Positions 1 to 12,535 of a stretch of 64,000 bases of DNA are shown here, piece after piece. The notes beneath the pieces were generated by a model. It did no database searches. It saw only the letters and a program-made list of their open reading frames with translations, and was not told the DNA's origin. Within the stretch, counting starts at the first letter, position 1. Each line of letters starts with the position of its first letter. Position numbers and translations under genes: made by a program. Origin of the DNA: Mobula hypostoma (lineage: Eukaryota); NCBI RefSeq assembly GCF_963921235.1, contig NC_086097.1, positions 13,764,001-13,828,000 of the forward strand, read 5' to 3'.

Positions 1-1745
1 TCAGGCTTGTAAGGCATGACCTTCCCTTCACAAAGCCATGCTGACTTCTCCTAATTATATTATACATCTCCAAATGTTCATAAATCCTGCCTGTCAGGAT
101 CTTCCCCATCAACTTGCCAACCACTGAGGTAAGACTCACTGTTCTATAATTTCCTGGGCTATCTCTACACCCTTTCTTGAATAAAGGAACAACATCTGCA
201 ACCCTTCAATTCTCTGGAACCTCTCCCGTCCCCATTAATGATGCAAAGATCATCGCCAGAGGCTCAGCAATCTCCTCCCTTGCCTCCCACAGTAGCCTGG
301 GGTACATCTCATCCAGTCCCGGTGACTTATCCAACCTGATGCTTTCCAAAAGCTCCAACACATCCTCTTTCTTAATATCTACATATCAAGCTTTTCAATC
401 TGCTGCAAGTCATCACTGCAATCACCAAGATTCTTTTCCATAGTGAATACTGAAGTAAAGTATTCATTAAGTACCTCTGCTGTTTCCTCCGGTTCCATAC
501 ACACTTCCCCACTGTCACAATTGATAGATCCTATTCTTTCACGTCTTATCCTCTTGCTCTTAATATACCTGTAGAACACCTTGGGGTTTTCTTTCATCCA
601 GCCCGTGTTCTCATGGTCCCTTCCGGCTCTCCTAATTTCCTTCTTAAGTTCCTTCTTATTAGCCTTATAATTCTCTAGATCTCTAACATTACCTAGCTCC
701 CTGAACCTTTTGTAAGCTTTTCTTTTCTTCTTCACTAGATTTATTACAGCCTTTGTACACCATGATTCCTGTACCCTACCATAACTCCCCTGTCTCATTG
801 GAACATACCTATGCAGAACGCCACACAACTATCCCCTGAATATTTGCCACATTTCTTCTGTACTTTTCCCTGAGAGCACCTGTTTCCAATTTAAGCCTCC
901 AATTTCCTGCCTGATAGCCTCGTAATTCCCCTTACTCCAATTAAATGCTTTTCTAACTTGTCTGTCCCTATCTCTCTCCAATGCTATTGTAAAGGAGATA
1001 GAATTATGATCACTATCTCCAAAATGCTCTCCCACTGAGAGATCTGACACCTGACCAGGTTCATTTCCCAATACCAAATCAAGTACAGACTCTCCTCTTG
1101 TAGGCTTATCTACATATTGTATCAAGAAACCTTCCTGAACACACCTAACAAACTCCATCCCATCTAAACCCCTTGCTCTAGGGAGATGCCAATCGGTATT
1201 TGGGAAAATAAAATCTCCCATCATGACAACTCCGTTATTATGACACCTTTCCAGGATCTGTTTCCCTATCTGCTCCTTCATATCCCTGTTACTATTGGGT
1301 GGCCTATAAAAAACACCCAGTAAAGTTATTGACTCCTTCCTGTTCCTAACATCCACCCACAGAGACTCCGTAGACAATCCCTCCATGGCGTCCTCCTTTT
1401 CGGCAGCAGTGACACTATTTCTGATCAACAGTGCCACGCCCCCACCTCTTTTGCCTCCCTCCCTGTCCTTTCTGAAACATCTAAAACCCGGCACTCGAAG
1501 TAACCATTCCCGTCCCTGAGCCATCCAAGTCTCTGTCATGGCCACCACATCATATCTCCAAGTACTGATCCACGCTCTAAGCTTATCCACTTTGTTCACA
1601 ACACTCCTTGCATTAAAACAGACACATCTCAAACCTTCGGTCTGAACGCGTCCTTTCTCTATGACCTGCCTATCCTCCCCCTCGCACTGTCTGCAAGCTT
1701 CCTCTATTTGTGAGCCAGCCTCCTCTCCCCCAGCCTCTTCAGTTC
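1..1745 (-). mobile_element. CR1-clade LINE (HER1-like), 5' part of ORF2: APE endonuclease into start of RT; runs off window edge; disrupted
   Basis: ORF 829..1632 has APE motifs NARS, ETW, GVFYRPPNS, MGDF, LDLVL, SDHN. In-frame stop at 829-831, then 379..828 continues (KENPKVFYRYIK, LNEYFTSVFT). Confidence 0.95.
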
Positions 1746-1751
1746 AGTTCT

Positions 1752-1915
1752 CACATGAAGCTACTTACCTTTTCCGCTTCTGATCCTTCGATGAGGACTG
1801 GTGTGTGTTTCCTTGACTTCCCCTTGAAGTCCACAATCAAACCTTTGGACTTACTGACATTGAGTACAAGGTTGCTGCTGCAAAAGCACTAACCAGCTGA
1901 CCTATCTCAATCCTT
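1752..1915 (-). mobile_element. Rex1/Babar-like LINE RT fragment
   Basis: Matches the 'VDFR...HTPVLIEGSEVE' segment also at 4280-4430 and 55080-55150. Confidence 0.65.
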
Positions 1916-2784
1916 TATCTAGCTTATAGTATATGGAACTTCCCTTTGCCCACCACAGTAGCTTAAACAAGAATTCACCTTTTCCAGGTTTCAGAGGGCA
2001 CATTGCAATTCATTGGAGAAGAAGAACACAGCCATATTCATACCCTCATGTTTGTAGATAATAGGAATGATTACTGACGAGAATTCTGTTACCCCGCCAC
2101 CACCATCCTATACCGCTACCCTTGTACATTTTCTCCTGGAATACTGTTTCCTCCACCAGTGATTCCTCTACCTACACAATGCTAGTAAAAATCTTCTGTC
2201 CTGAACCTTAATGAACAACCAGGAAATTCCTTCTCTTCTGTGCTGCTGTGACATTGCTGTTCCTCACACCAACCTTTCTTGTGCCCTTGCAAAGCGAGTT
2301 CAAAACACATCCCAAGCTGCCGATTGTACTAATCATGCCCTGTTAGGAACCACATTGAAATTCCACAATGCTCATTCCGTGAAGGTCTCTAACAGCAGGA
2401 AGGACAAAATCTCATCTCATCAATCTGAGCTCGATGACAAACTCTGACAGTATAATAACCCACTCAGCTAGCCAATCCCTCATTTATATTTTTAAGCCTA
2501 CCTTAATATATATTATTTTATTTGCTTTGTCTTGCACATCTCAGACTCTCAGTGTTCATGTCTTCCTTTCCAGTACAGACTATGAAAACAGCAGACTGAG
2601 TCCTCGTTACCTGCAGGACTTTCATTACACATTCCCCACTCCATTAGCTTCAAGACATGACTGGTCCAATACTCATTCATAGAATCACAGACATCTGAGG
2701 CGCAGAAAGCAGCCACTTGGTCTGTCCTTGGTGCCACATTGCAGTGGAGAAGATACTGGAGAGAAATATCACATTTGTTTTATT

Positions 2785-3030
2785 TTCTATTTATTTAGAG
2801 ATGCAGTGCGGAACATGCCCTTCCAGCCCAATGTGCCACATCACACAGCTACCCACTTATTTAACCCTATCCTATTCACAATGACCTACTAACCAGTACG
2901 TCTTTGGAATGTGGGAGGCAACCCACGCATTCACGGGAAGGACTTCTTACAGACGGCACCGGAATTGAACTCCGAATCCGACACCCCAACCTCTCCCATT
3001 GGTGTTGCGTTAACCACTACGTTATCATGA
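2785..3030 (-). mobile_element. tRNA-derived V-SINE (HE1-like)
   Basis: Reverse complement of the V-domain and tail seen at 12293-12535. Confidence 0.75.
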
Positions 3031-3162
3031 CGTCTCATTAATGCTTTCATTCGCAAGGGGAGATACTGATGAAAGTCAGAACCATCAGTCATTTAAGTTG
3101 GGTTTCTCTCCAAAGTCTGGTTTCCAAACTCTCACACCTAGAGAGAATTCAGTTCTATTAAG

Positions 3163-3295
3163 ACCAGGTGAAGGGTCTTGGCCCAAAACAGTGTCTGTTT
3201 ATTCATTTCCAAGGATGCTGTCTAACCCGCTGTGTTCATCCAGCATTTTGTGTGTGTAATTCTGGATTTCCAAGTTTGCAGAACCTCTTGTGTTT
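3163..3295 (+). mobile_element. Penelope-derived short element (degenerate hammerhead plus 3' tail)
   Basis: ggtgaagggtcttggcccaaaac...ccagcattttgtgtgtg, shared with many copies in the window. Confidence 0.75.
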
Positions 3296-3649
3296 CAGTT
3301 CTATTTCAGGTTTTCATCTCTCAGTGGTGGAAATTCAGTGGTGAAGGTATGTTAACCCACAAAATCCTCAACACATACAATGCTTGTAAGGCTGAACAAC
3401 ACAGTTTCTGAGCTCCTGAAGTGCTCATCAATGTGAAATCAAATATGCACTGCATCTCTGAGTACCCATGTAGGAAAAGGAAAAATCCTGCACATGATTG
3501 TGTGTGCATGTTTTTGTTTTGAGTTAGAATCAGAATCAGGTTTATTTTCACTTGTATATGTCATGAAAATTCTTGCTTTGTGGCAGTGGTACAAAGTGCA
3601 AAGTCCAAAATACATTTATTATCAAAGTATGTACATTTTAGCTATATTG

Positions 3650-3785
3650 TCAGGAAAGGAATGGAGGGTTATGGGCTGAGTGCAGGTTGGTGGGACTAGG
3701 TGAGAGTAAGAGTTCAGCACAGACTAGAAGGGCCGAGATGGCCTGTTTCCCTGCTGTAATTGTTATATGGTTATACGGTTATATT
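3650..3785 (+). mobile_element. CR1 3' end fragment
   Basis: gaagggccgagatggcctgttt plus short tandem tail (tggttata-like). Confidence 0.6.
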
Positions 3786-3884
3786 TTTCAGGCTTGAGAT
3801 TCTTCTCCTTACAGGCAGCCACTTAAAAAAGAAACCTCAAAAGAAACCATTTAAAAAATAGACCATACAGTACAAGACATAAAC

Positions 3885-4460
3885 TTTGAGTGTGGGTCTT
3901 CAGGCTCCTCTACCTCCTCCCCATTGGTGGCATTCAAAGCAGGGCATGTCCCAGTTGCTGAGAGTCCTTAATGATGGATGCTGCCTTCTTGAGACACTGT
4001 CTCTCGAAGATGTCCTTGAAGGTGAAGAGGAATATGCCTGTGATGGAGCCTGCTGAGTCTACAATCCTCGGTAGCCTCTTTACTCTCAGCCTTCACACTA
4101 GGCTGTGGCGCAGCTAGTCAGAATGCTCTCCAGCATACATCTATAGAAATTTGTATGGGTCTTTGGTCACATACTAATACTCCTCAGATTCCTAATGAGG
4201 TAGATCTGCTGGCATTCCTTTGTAATGATTTGATCTTTGTCTTGAATCCAGGATAGATCTTCAGAGATGCTAACGCCCAAGAACTTGAAACTGCTCACCT
4301 TTTCCACTACAGATCCCTCGATGAGGACTGGTGCGTGATCGCTTGACTTCCACTTCCTGAAGTCCCTGATCTTGCTGACATTAGTGCAAAGTTGTTGTGA
4401 CACCACTCAATCATTTGATCTTTCTGGCTCTTGTACAGCTCCTTGTTGCCATCTGAGAAT
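3885..4460 (-). mobile_element. Rex1/Babar-like LINE, 3' RT region, degenerate
   Basis: ORF 4167..4406: HAPVLIEGSVVEKVSSFKFLGVSISEDLSW. Confidence 0.85.
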
Positions 4461-4494
4461 ATGTGTCTGTATGTCAATTTACGTGTGCACCCAT

Positions 4495-4905
4495 TCCATG
4501 CCCTCCTCTTGATCCAAGATGAGGCCACCCTCAGGATGGAGGAGCAACACCTTATATTCCGTCTGGGAAACCTCCAACCTGATGGCATAAGTATAGATTT
4601 CTCCTTCTAATGAACAAATTTCCCCACCCCACTTATTCTCACCTGCCTATTCACTCTTCTTTCCCTTTCTCTTATCGTCCATTCTCCTCTCCTATCAGAT
4701 TCCTTCCTCTCCAGCCCCTGACCTTTTCCCACCCACCTGTCTTCTCCTATCATCTTCCAGCTATCCCCCACCTTTATACTCTGACACCTTTCCCCTCCCT
4801 CTCAGTCCTGAAGAAGGATCTCAGTCTGAAACACCAACTATCTATTCATTTCCATAGATGTTGCCTTACCTGCTGAGTTCCTCTAGCGTTTTGTGTGTGT
4901 TGCAT
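4495..4905 (+). mobile_element. Penelope-like element 3' part: GIY-YIG C-terminus, pyrimidine-rich UTR, degenerate hammerhead
   Basis: Translates EATLRMEEQHLIFRLGNLQPDG; cagtcctgaagaagg...tgaaac at about 4803. Confidence 0.85.
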
Positions 4906-4954
4906 TGATGTGTGTATATTGCGTAGGTGCGTACATGTTTGTGTCTATGTTTGA

Positions 4955-4955
<1 letters not shown>

Positions 4956-4998
<43 letters not shown>
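4956..4998. repeat. (TG)n microsatellite
   Basis: Direct reading. Confidence 0.98.
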
Positions 4999-5002
<4 letters not shown>

Positions 5003-5064
5003 ATTTATATGGATATATCTCTTTTTTGTACTTATGCATTTGTGTATCAAGTGCATCCTTTAAG

Positions 5065-5380
5065 AGGTCCACAACCTTGTCGTAGGGTTTGGAGGTTTGT
5101 ATGCCTCAATGGCCTGGAGAGCTATGTCGGCTGGAGTCAGGACTTTATGCTTTGGCGCTTGGTAGAGTCACCTGTGCCAAAAAGGTCAAAGGGTAGAGGC
5201 CAGACTAAGAATGGTCCACCGTTCCTCCAGGTTCGGAGGTTCAGCCCAGGGACAACAATGCTGACTGGTCAAAAAACAATTGTCACAGAAACAGCAATGA
5301 AGAATCCTTCTATATAGATAAAGATAGAGGACCTTCATTGCTGCTACTAAACACCAGTGGCGTAACAGGCGTTAAGTATC
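5065..5380 (+). mobile_element. RTE-clade (Rex3/Expander-like) non-autonomous derivative
   Basis: 5' part resembles Rex3/Expander 5' UTR (ccacaaccttgtcgtagggtttggagg...gagctatgt...ggtagagtcacc), joined to a short tail ending taagta. Confidence 0.5.
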
Positions 5381-7057
5381 ACGTGCATGCATGTACAGGA
5401 GTACATGTACCTGTATATAGTAAGTGTGTGTGTACGCTTGCAAGCATCATGCCTATAAAACTGAAATGACAGCTATCAACTCAGAATGCAAAAATACTTA
5501 ATTGCTTAAATTGACCACCAGAATCAAGCCTTCAGCTTAAGAAAGTATTATAAGTAAAGGAGTCACTACCTGTCTTTGTACAGCTTGCCAGTTGCTTTGC
5601 ACATTGGGAAAGGGCATATTGGAAATGGGAACAGGCTGAAAATTTCCATTTGTCCTTGATCAGAAAGCTCTGATGTGAAGTGTTTGCTCACAGCGACCCT
5701 CCTGAGTCCAAGATCCTGCTGGGTCTTTACTGAAACAATATAGGAAAAGCTGCAAGATTGGTTACTGTCAGTAAAGCAAATTAACACAATTTAAAACTCG
5801 TGTGCCACTGTAGAAATTATAGATTGTTTTGTTTTGCAGAGGATAATATTTATTTATATCAAGTTTAAGTTAAATTGAATTTGTCCTGTTATTGCAGAGT
5901 TCTCCAATCTTTTGGTTATTTTTATCTTGGGATTTTGCTGCAATCTCTGGCAAAGCGATTTCATCTCTCAGCTGTTGTTTCCAAGAGCGAGGATCAAAAA
6001 TAATGGATCGGAATGTGTGAAAATGAAATAAGGAAGCGATGAGATTTACTTCAGGACCCGTGTTCCTCCATAGAGAATGCCGCCAAGTTATAAGGCGTAA
6101 TGAAGTTTGGGATTAGAGTGTTTTGAGAATGCTCCCACTGCCCGCCCTTCTCCCCTTGAAGACACCAAGTATTGGTGGGTTGGCAGCTGAGTCACTGTGT
6201 TACTACTTTCTAGCTTTGCCCTTGACCCATCCTAACTCCTTTCAACTCTGCCCAAAGTCAGCCAAAAGAACCACGGTTGATCTCGGGCAAGATGCCGGAT
6301 GGATTAAAAGCATGAGAACAGCATTGTTTTTGGACCTGACCCCAGTCTCTTTCCTCCCCATTCTGTAATTAGGATGAAGGGCACTGAGCAACCAAGATTT
6401 AAAAAAATATCCCAACACCTTTTGTTTCCATTTCTTCCTGACTTTGTTTTTAATATCTTGAATCTCCTCCACTCCTTATGACATACTCAGGCCGTGGGTG
6501 CAGAGAAGCTCCTCTATCTGATCAATCCCCCCCCCCACCCCCACACTTACTGCAAGGCAGCCTGGCAGAAGGTGTGCCGCAGGAAGCTGGAAGCGACACG
6601 AGGAGCAGTGGTTGAGAAGGGGACGCTGGGCTCATTTAAGGAACAGCTGGGCGCTGCAGCGGCGAATCGCTCAGGCTGGTAAGATGAAATCAAATGGGCC
6701 CTGTGCCTTCTTTGTTCACGCTTGCCTTGAGATCTGGGAACCTTTGCTTAACTCTCCTGTTCCTTTTAACCTTCCATTTCCCTTCCATATCTCGGGTCCC
6801 TCATCACCAAGAAATGCCCTGAAAAAAAAATGTTAGCCAAAAAAGAAATGAATGGAAGCAAATGCCAAATCTGTGTTTCTGGGAACGATTGGACTTGGGC
6901 CATGGAGAGGCTTGGTGGGTGATCTAGGGAAACTTACAGGAATAAAGCTAGCGCAAGGGCAGAGTTTGTCCTCTGTTGTATCTCCTGAGTGTACAATGTG
7001 GTAGCAAGTGCATATTGAATTCCACATCTGAAATTCAGTTCAATTGCTCTAGTGCAA

Positions 7058-7240
7058 GGACACAAGAGAAACTGCAGATGCTGGAAATCTTAATCAACGA
7101 ACACCAAAATGCTGGAGGACCTCAATGGACCGGACAGCAACTATCCTCAAGAAGAGTATTGACTTGAAACATCAACTGTTCATTTTCCTCCATAGAAGCT
7201 GCCTGACTTGCTGTGTTCCTCCAGCATTTTGTGTATGTTG
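7058..7240. mobile_element. Penelope-derived fold-back element
   Basis: aaaatgctggaggacctca ... gtgttcctccagcatttt in inverted orientation. Confidence 0.8.
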
Positions 7241-7281
7241 ATCCATTGCACCAGTATATTGCCTGTTCACACACACTAGAG

Positions 7282-7363
7282 CAGGGGTTTCCAATCTGAG
7301 GTCCACAGACCCCTCAGTTAATGGTAGGGGTCTATGGCATAAAAAAGGGTTTGGGAACCCCAG
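7282..7363. mobile_element. 82-bp hAT/Charlie-type MITE
   Basis: TIRs caggggtttccaa / ttgggaaccccag; perfect 8-bp TSD cactagag at 7274-7281 and 7364-7371. Confidence 0.9.
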
Positions 7364-7569
7364 CACTAGAGGATGACCTTCAGTTCCGGAAACGCTCAGT
7401 TCCATTATGGTCAATCAGGGCAACTCTTTCAAGCAGTGAGCACAAGCAGCTTCACTTATGATTTGAAGCTAGGAGTTAAGCTCAGCCCTGCATTGTTTCT
7501 TCTAGTTGTGAGTTCACTGTTATTTGATAAACAGCTTGGACACTTTGCTACAATTATATCATTCCTTCA

Positions 7570-8035
7570 AGGAGTACTACCATAAAAAAAACAGCATGTA
7601 TGATCAGAGACCCCCACCATCCAGGCCATGCTCTCTCCTCACCAACCACTACAATCAGGAAAGAGGTGCAGGGCCCTTAGGTCCCACACCACAGGGTTCA
7701 GGAACAGTTATTACCTTAGAACCATCAGGCTTCTGTCCCATCATAGATAACTTCACCCACCTCAAAACTAAACTGATTCCACAACCTCACTTTCAAGGCC
7801 TTTAAAACTCATGTACTCTGTATCATCTTGCTATCTATTTATCTATCTATCTATCTATCTGTCTATTTATTTATTTTGTATATGCACAGTTTGTTTTCTT
7901 TTGCACATTGGTTGTTTGTCAGTCTTTGTGTGTAGTTTTTCATTGATTCTATTGTATTTCTTTCTTCTACTGTGAAAGCAGGCAAGAAAATTAATCTCAG
8001 CGTACTTTGATAATGTTTTTTGAACTTTGAACAAT
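7570..8035 (+). mobile_element. Rex1/Babar-like LINE 3' end
   Basis: cccccaccatccaggccatgctctc...ggttcaggaacagttattacc; ttgaactttgaac tail; internal (TATC)n. Confidence 0.8.
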
Positions 8036-8279
8036 GTAGGGAAATGTGCCAAGCTTGTTCACTATCTTGTTTGCTTTCCAAATGTGCCATGGACGAGCAG
8101 AATCTGATTTCAAAGTACATATCACTGTGTCGCACACCCAGTGCAGGCAACAGAGGACTGTATCTCAGCTCAGGTTTGTTCAACTAATTTTTCCAGTCTC
8201 CCATATGCATCCCTGGAGCTCATTACTAAGTATTCCATGAAACAAGAGCCCATGGTATATGGTTCCATATATTTTCATT

Positions 8280-8830
8280 GTTGATTAACATCAGACAATG
8301 GTAATGAGGAATGGGAATATTAGAACACGGAACCGATGCCAAGTCCCCAAGTATTAACATACCATTAACCAGCCTAGACACATAAGTACCACGATTGAAA
8401 GAGGAGGTCAGAGGTTGTGTATGAGAAACTCATAACCAAAGTCTATTGACCATCCATAAGGCATGCATTAGGAGTGGCAGAATGCTCCCCATAGCTAATG
8501 AGCTGTAGTTTCCACAGTTTCCAACCTCTGCATCAGGTAGGACAAAGCATTTGGTACACCATCTAACAGCCTATCTATTCCTTCCTCTCCCATTGGTGCA
8601 TACTGGTTGCATTATGTACCACCTGCAAAATATTCTTCAGTTACTCTTATCCTCAATGTGCCTCCTAACCCATGAGTTCTACCATTAAGAGGATAAGGAC
8701 AGCAAGTACATGGGAACACCACCATCTTTGGGTTCCCCTCCAAGGGCCATGACATCCTGACCTGGAAATATGTTGCCCATCCTTCACTGTGGATGGGTCT
8801 ACATCCTGGAACTCGCTTCTCAGCAGTCCA
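8280..8830 (+). mobile_element. Old degenerate LINE (CR1/L2-group) 3' region; tail remnant at about 9025-9065
   Basis: catgggaacaccaccatc...ttcccctccaag...catcctgacctggaaatat recognised as an elasmobranch LINE 3' region. Confidence 0.55.
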
Positions 8831-9649
8831 AAGTACATTTATTATTGATGTATGTATGCAGTATACCACTCTGCAATTCGTCTTCCCACAGCCACGAAAC
8901 AAAGAAAACCATGCAACCCGTTCGAGAAAAACTTCAACCCCCTGCCCCACACACTCATAAAAGGAAACAAATTGCACAAATCCTTGGGAACATCAGAAGA
9001 ACCTAATAAAGGTTAAATAGAGATGGATATGCAATAAATACTGGTATTGCTGGCAATATTTACATATTTTCAACAAATTAAAACTGTTCTATTCAAGGCA
9101 TAAGAAAATCCTGTGTTATTGCACATTTCAATTATTGATTATGTTATTTCTTTCTTTTCATGTAGAGACCGACATATTTTCACATGTACATGAGGACGAT
9201 TGGATGAATACTTTTTTAAAAATCCGACATGACTGAGCATGAATTGAATGTTGCTCTTTTCCTTCTTCCAGGATTTTATTCCCAAAAGCTTTCGAGGTCC
9301 TCAGCTTGTTTGTGTTCAGACATGACAGCTGGTGTGGCAACACCAGGGGAGCGTCAAACACGCCCCGGACAATCAAAGGAACATTTCTGTATGCCCTCAC
9401 ACCATTCAGAGTTAAATGTTTTCTCTTGGGCAAAATTAGTGGTGATTTAACTCCTAAAGCTCCATGCTCTACAACGCCAGACCACAAAGCAATGACGTTG
9501 AGTGAGAACAGTAACTTCAGAATCAGAATCTGAATCAAGTTTAATATCACTGACATATGTCATGAAATTTGTTATTTTGAGGCAGCAGTATATTGCAATA
9601 AATGATAATTTACAATAAGACTATGCATAAGGTATATATACTGTATATA

Positions 9650-9885
9650 GTTCCTTAAGGTTGTTATAACCAGCGGTGTTATAGCCCACAGCCTCTTAAA
9701 TGCTCCCAATGGCATGTGTTTGAAATATCCTCTGACAACCAAGTCCAGTTCCAGCTTTCACGTGTGGCTTAGCACCTAACCAGAGCAGAAGCAGTTCTAC
9801 TGACAAGAGTAGGGGCAAAGGCTGGTTACTGGGACCTTAAAACTAATTGCTTCAGGCAGGTGGGGAGATGGGGCTCATCAGTGTG
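9650..9885 (+). mobile_element. 5' part of an RTE-like non-autonomous element (family of 13078-13517 and 16487-16860)
   Basis: Shares ttccttaag...tgctccca...aaata.cctctga.aaccaagtcc with 13080-13187. Confidence 0.6.
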
Positions 9886-10626
9886 TATAGAATTAAAATA
9901 AATTAAATAAGAAGTGTAAAAGAGAGCAAAAGTAAATAGAGAAAAAAAAGTGAGGTAGCGTACTTGGGTTCATCGTCCATTTAAAAGTCTGAAGAGCTGT
10001 GCTTTCTTCAGACATGGGACCCAATTATTGTTAGCAAACCTACATTTCGTGCCCATCCCTTACTACCCTTGAATTTTGGAGGCAGTTATGAACGAGTCAT
10101 GTTGTTGTACCCATGTGCAGGTCAAGGTGAGAAAGGAAACAGACATCTATTTATGGATTAGGTGAACTTTTACCATTCCAGATAATTACCCAAACTATGT
10201 TATTCTCATTGTTTGGCTCACTCGACTACTGGCTCACCAGTTTACCTTACCAGATATTACAATTCAGGGCCAAGAGTTATTTTGGTTATTTTGTACTTAA
10301 AAAGAAGACAGGAATCACAGCAATATCATTTACATATGCCGCAACTGATATCATAGTTCCCATGTAGTTACATAATCCCAGTGCACTGTGTAGCTTACAA
10401 TCTGTTTCCTTTATTTAATAGTAACCTCATTTCTTGAAGAAACATATCCTGCTAATCAGGCTCCTCTGTATAAGCCACCAACATACAGGCAACTGTGGGA
10501 GTTTACATTGTTATGAATACTATATTCATCTGAGTTTGAAATAACACAAAAACCTCTTCCTCACTGCTCGAGCCTAAAGATACTTCTACACTCTGGATGA
10601 TAGTGAGACCACTGGCCTCTCTAAGT

Positions 10627-10706
10627 TAGGGGTCTCCAACCTGGGGTCCACCGACCCCTTGCTTCATAGTACTGGTCCATGGCATTAAAAAAGTTGGGAA
10701 CCTCTG
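10627..10706. mobile_element. hAT/Charlie-type MITE, same family as 7282-7363
   Basis: aggggtctccaacctggggtccac...aaaaaagttgggaacctctg. Confidence 0.8.
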
Positions 10707-11119
10707 CGCGTGTGTGCAGCCTGAAATGCTCCCATGCTTGTATTTGTGGCTTTGTTTTGTGGCTGCCTGTAAGGAGATGAATCCCAAGGATATATAGTAT
10801 ACATCTTTTGATAATAAATGTACTTTGAACTTTGGGATTGGCCAGTACTGATTAGGGCAGAGAATTGAATTACCTGAATTTATAGCACTTAATATTGAAT
10901 CTGCAAGGATGCAACATGCCTGAGTTTATATCAGACCTGATACCGACACAGAGATCACAGGCAGGCAGGTCAGAGCAGAAATAGGATGGAGAATCAAAGT
11001 GGGAGGTAAGCTGTTACAATATGGGTTCTTCACCTGGGCAACGTGCAGTGTCATGAGATCTATACTCAGACATTCTGTTTTGGCTTGGGTTTTGAAGCGA
11101 GAAAGCACATTGCGATATA

Positions 11120-11220
11120 GCAACATGCACAAAATGCTGCAGGAACTCAGCAGGTCAGGCAGCATCCATGGACAGAAATAAACAGTTGACGTTTCGGGCT
11201 GAGGTCCTTCATCAGGGATC
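11120..11220 (-). mobile_element. Penelope-derived short element
   Basis: cacaaaatgctgcaggaactcagcaggtcaggcagcatc. Confidence 0.85.
11183..11216 (-). ncRNA. Minimal type I hammerhead ribozyme motif; catalytic core intact, helix I 5' strand lost
   Basis: Reverse complement reads c-CUGAUGA-a-ggaccucagccc-GAAAC-GUC-aacug. Confidence 0.6.
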
Positions 11221-12292
11221 TGAAATGGGATCTAATCCTGAACAATGTTGAAAGCCTCAAAGAAGAACACTGGACTGAAACCAACTGCTCACCGATTTGG
11301 ACACCAGCTATCAGAGAAAGAATATGCATTTCCAAAACACATTCAATGTAAGAACCCTTTACACTCAACAGGACAACAAGGCCCAGAGAGAAGATGAGGT
11401 ACTGCTCCGTAGGCTTGCATTGGGCCTCATTTCACTCACAGAAGAGGCTGAATGGACTCCCTGTTCAAAAGGACCAAGGGGACAAATCTCCCGCTAACAC
11501 ACTGCACCAGCTAGTGCCCTGAAAGTACATATACTGAAGAATTTGCTGAAAACAGTTCATAGTCAGACCTTATAAGATGTGAAGAAAGGAAAAAAGGTAA
11601 TATGACAAGTACTGGTAAATTGTTTTTTTTTGCAGCGAGAATAAACTCAGTGTGTGCTGTCCTACTCCTGATATAACATGTCTTTGAACTGTGGGACAGC
11701 TGCACAGAGCTGTTATATGACATGGAAAACGTTGTGAAATATTCAAGAGGCAATGTCTCTCAATCCCCGCAGGAATTGTGAGGAGTGTCTTTTCTTCTCC
11801 CAGTCCCTCGTCATGTTCAAATAACAAGTGTAGAGATGTGCGCTGCCTTGTGTCCCTGTGTCTCTGTGTCTCCTCTGAAGCATTCTTTACATCGCTTCAT
11901 TATACACACTCACAAACAGCAGGTGTTCCCGCGACCCAGATCATTACTACCACAAACATTATCTAAATATGCGAATGTGTTGGCATTCTCTTTAAAGACA
12001 CAGTATCCTCTTTTGATGGTTTATGTGCTGGCTAGGCTTCGGTGGAATTATTCTACCCTTGGACTGGAATCTGAACATTAGTCTCGAAAATGTAATCGCA
12101 CTGTAATACCTCATTTACATCTCAGCCTAGGGATAGGAAAAAGAAGATTTCAGCACAAGCTCGTTATTGCAAATCTCTCAATATAACAAGCTCTTGCCCT
12201 GGTTCTAGTGGAGGCTTCATTATAATCAGTGGCTGGGCTGGAACCATAGTAACAGGAAACCATTGAGTGTTGAGTTGCTCAGTAATACCGTG

Positions 12293-12535
12293 GGCAGCCC
12301 GGCAGCGTAGTGGTTAGCACAACACTTTACCCGGGGTCAACTCCAGATGCTGCCTGTCAGGAGTTTGTACGTTCTCCCCGTGACCGCATGGGTTTCCTCC
12401 GAATGCTGCGGTTTCCCCCCACAGTCTGAAGACATACCAGACGTTAATTTGTCATGGTAAATTGTCCCGTGATCAGGCTAGGATTGAGTTGGGGATTGCT
12501 GGGTAGCATGGCTCCAAGGGCTGTACCTCAATTAA
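12293..12535 (+). mobile_element. tRNA-derived V-SINE (HE1-like)
   Basis: A-box-like gcgtagtggttagc; V domain tttgtacgttctccccgtg...gggtttcctcc; A-rich tail. Confidence 0.85.
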
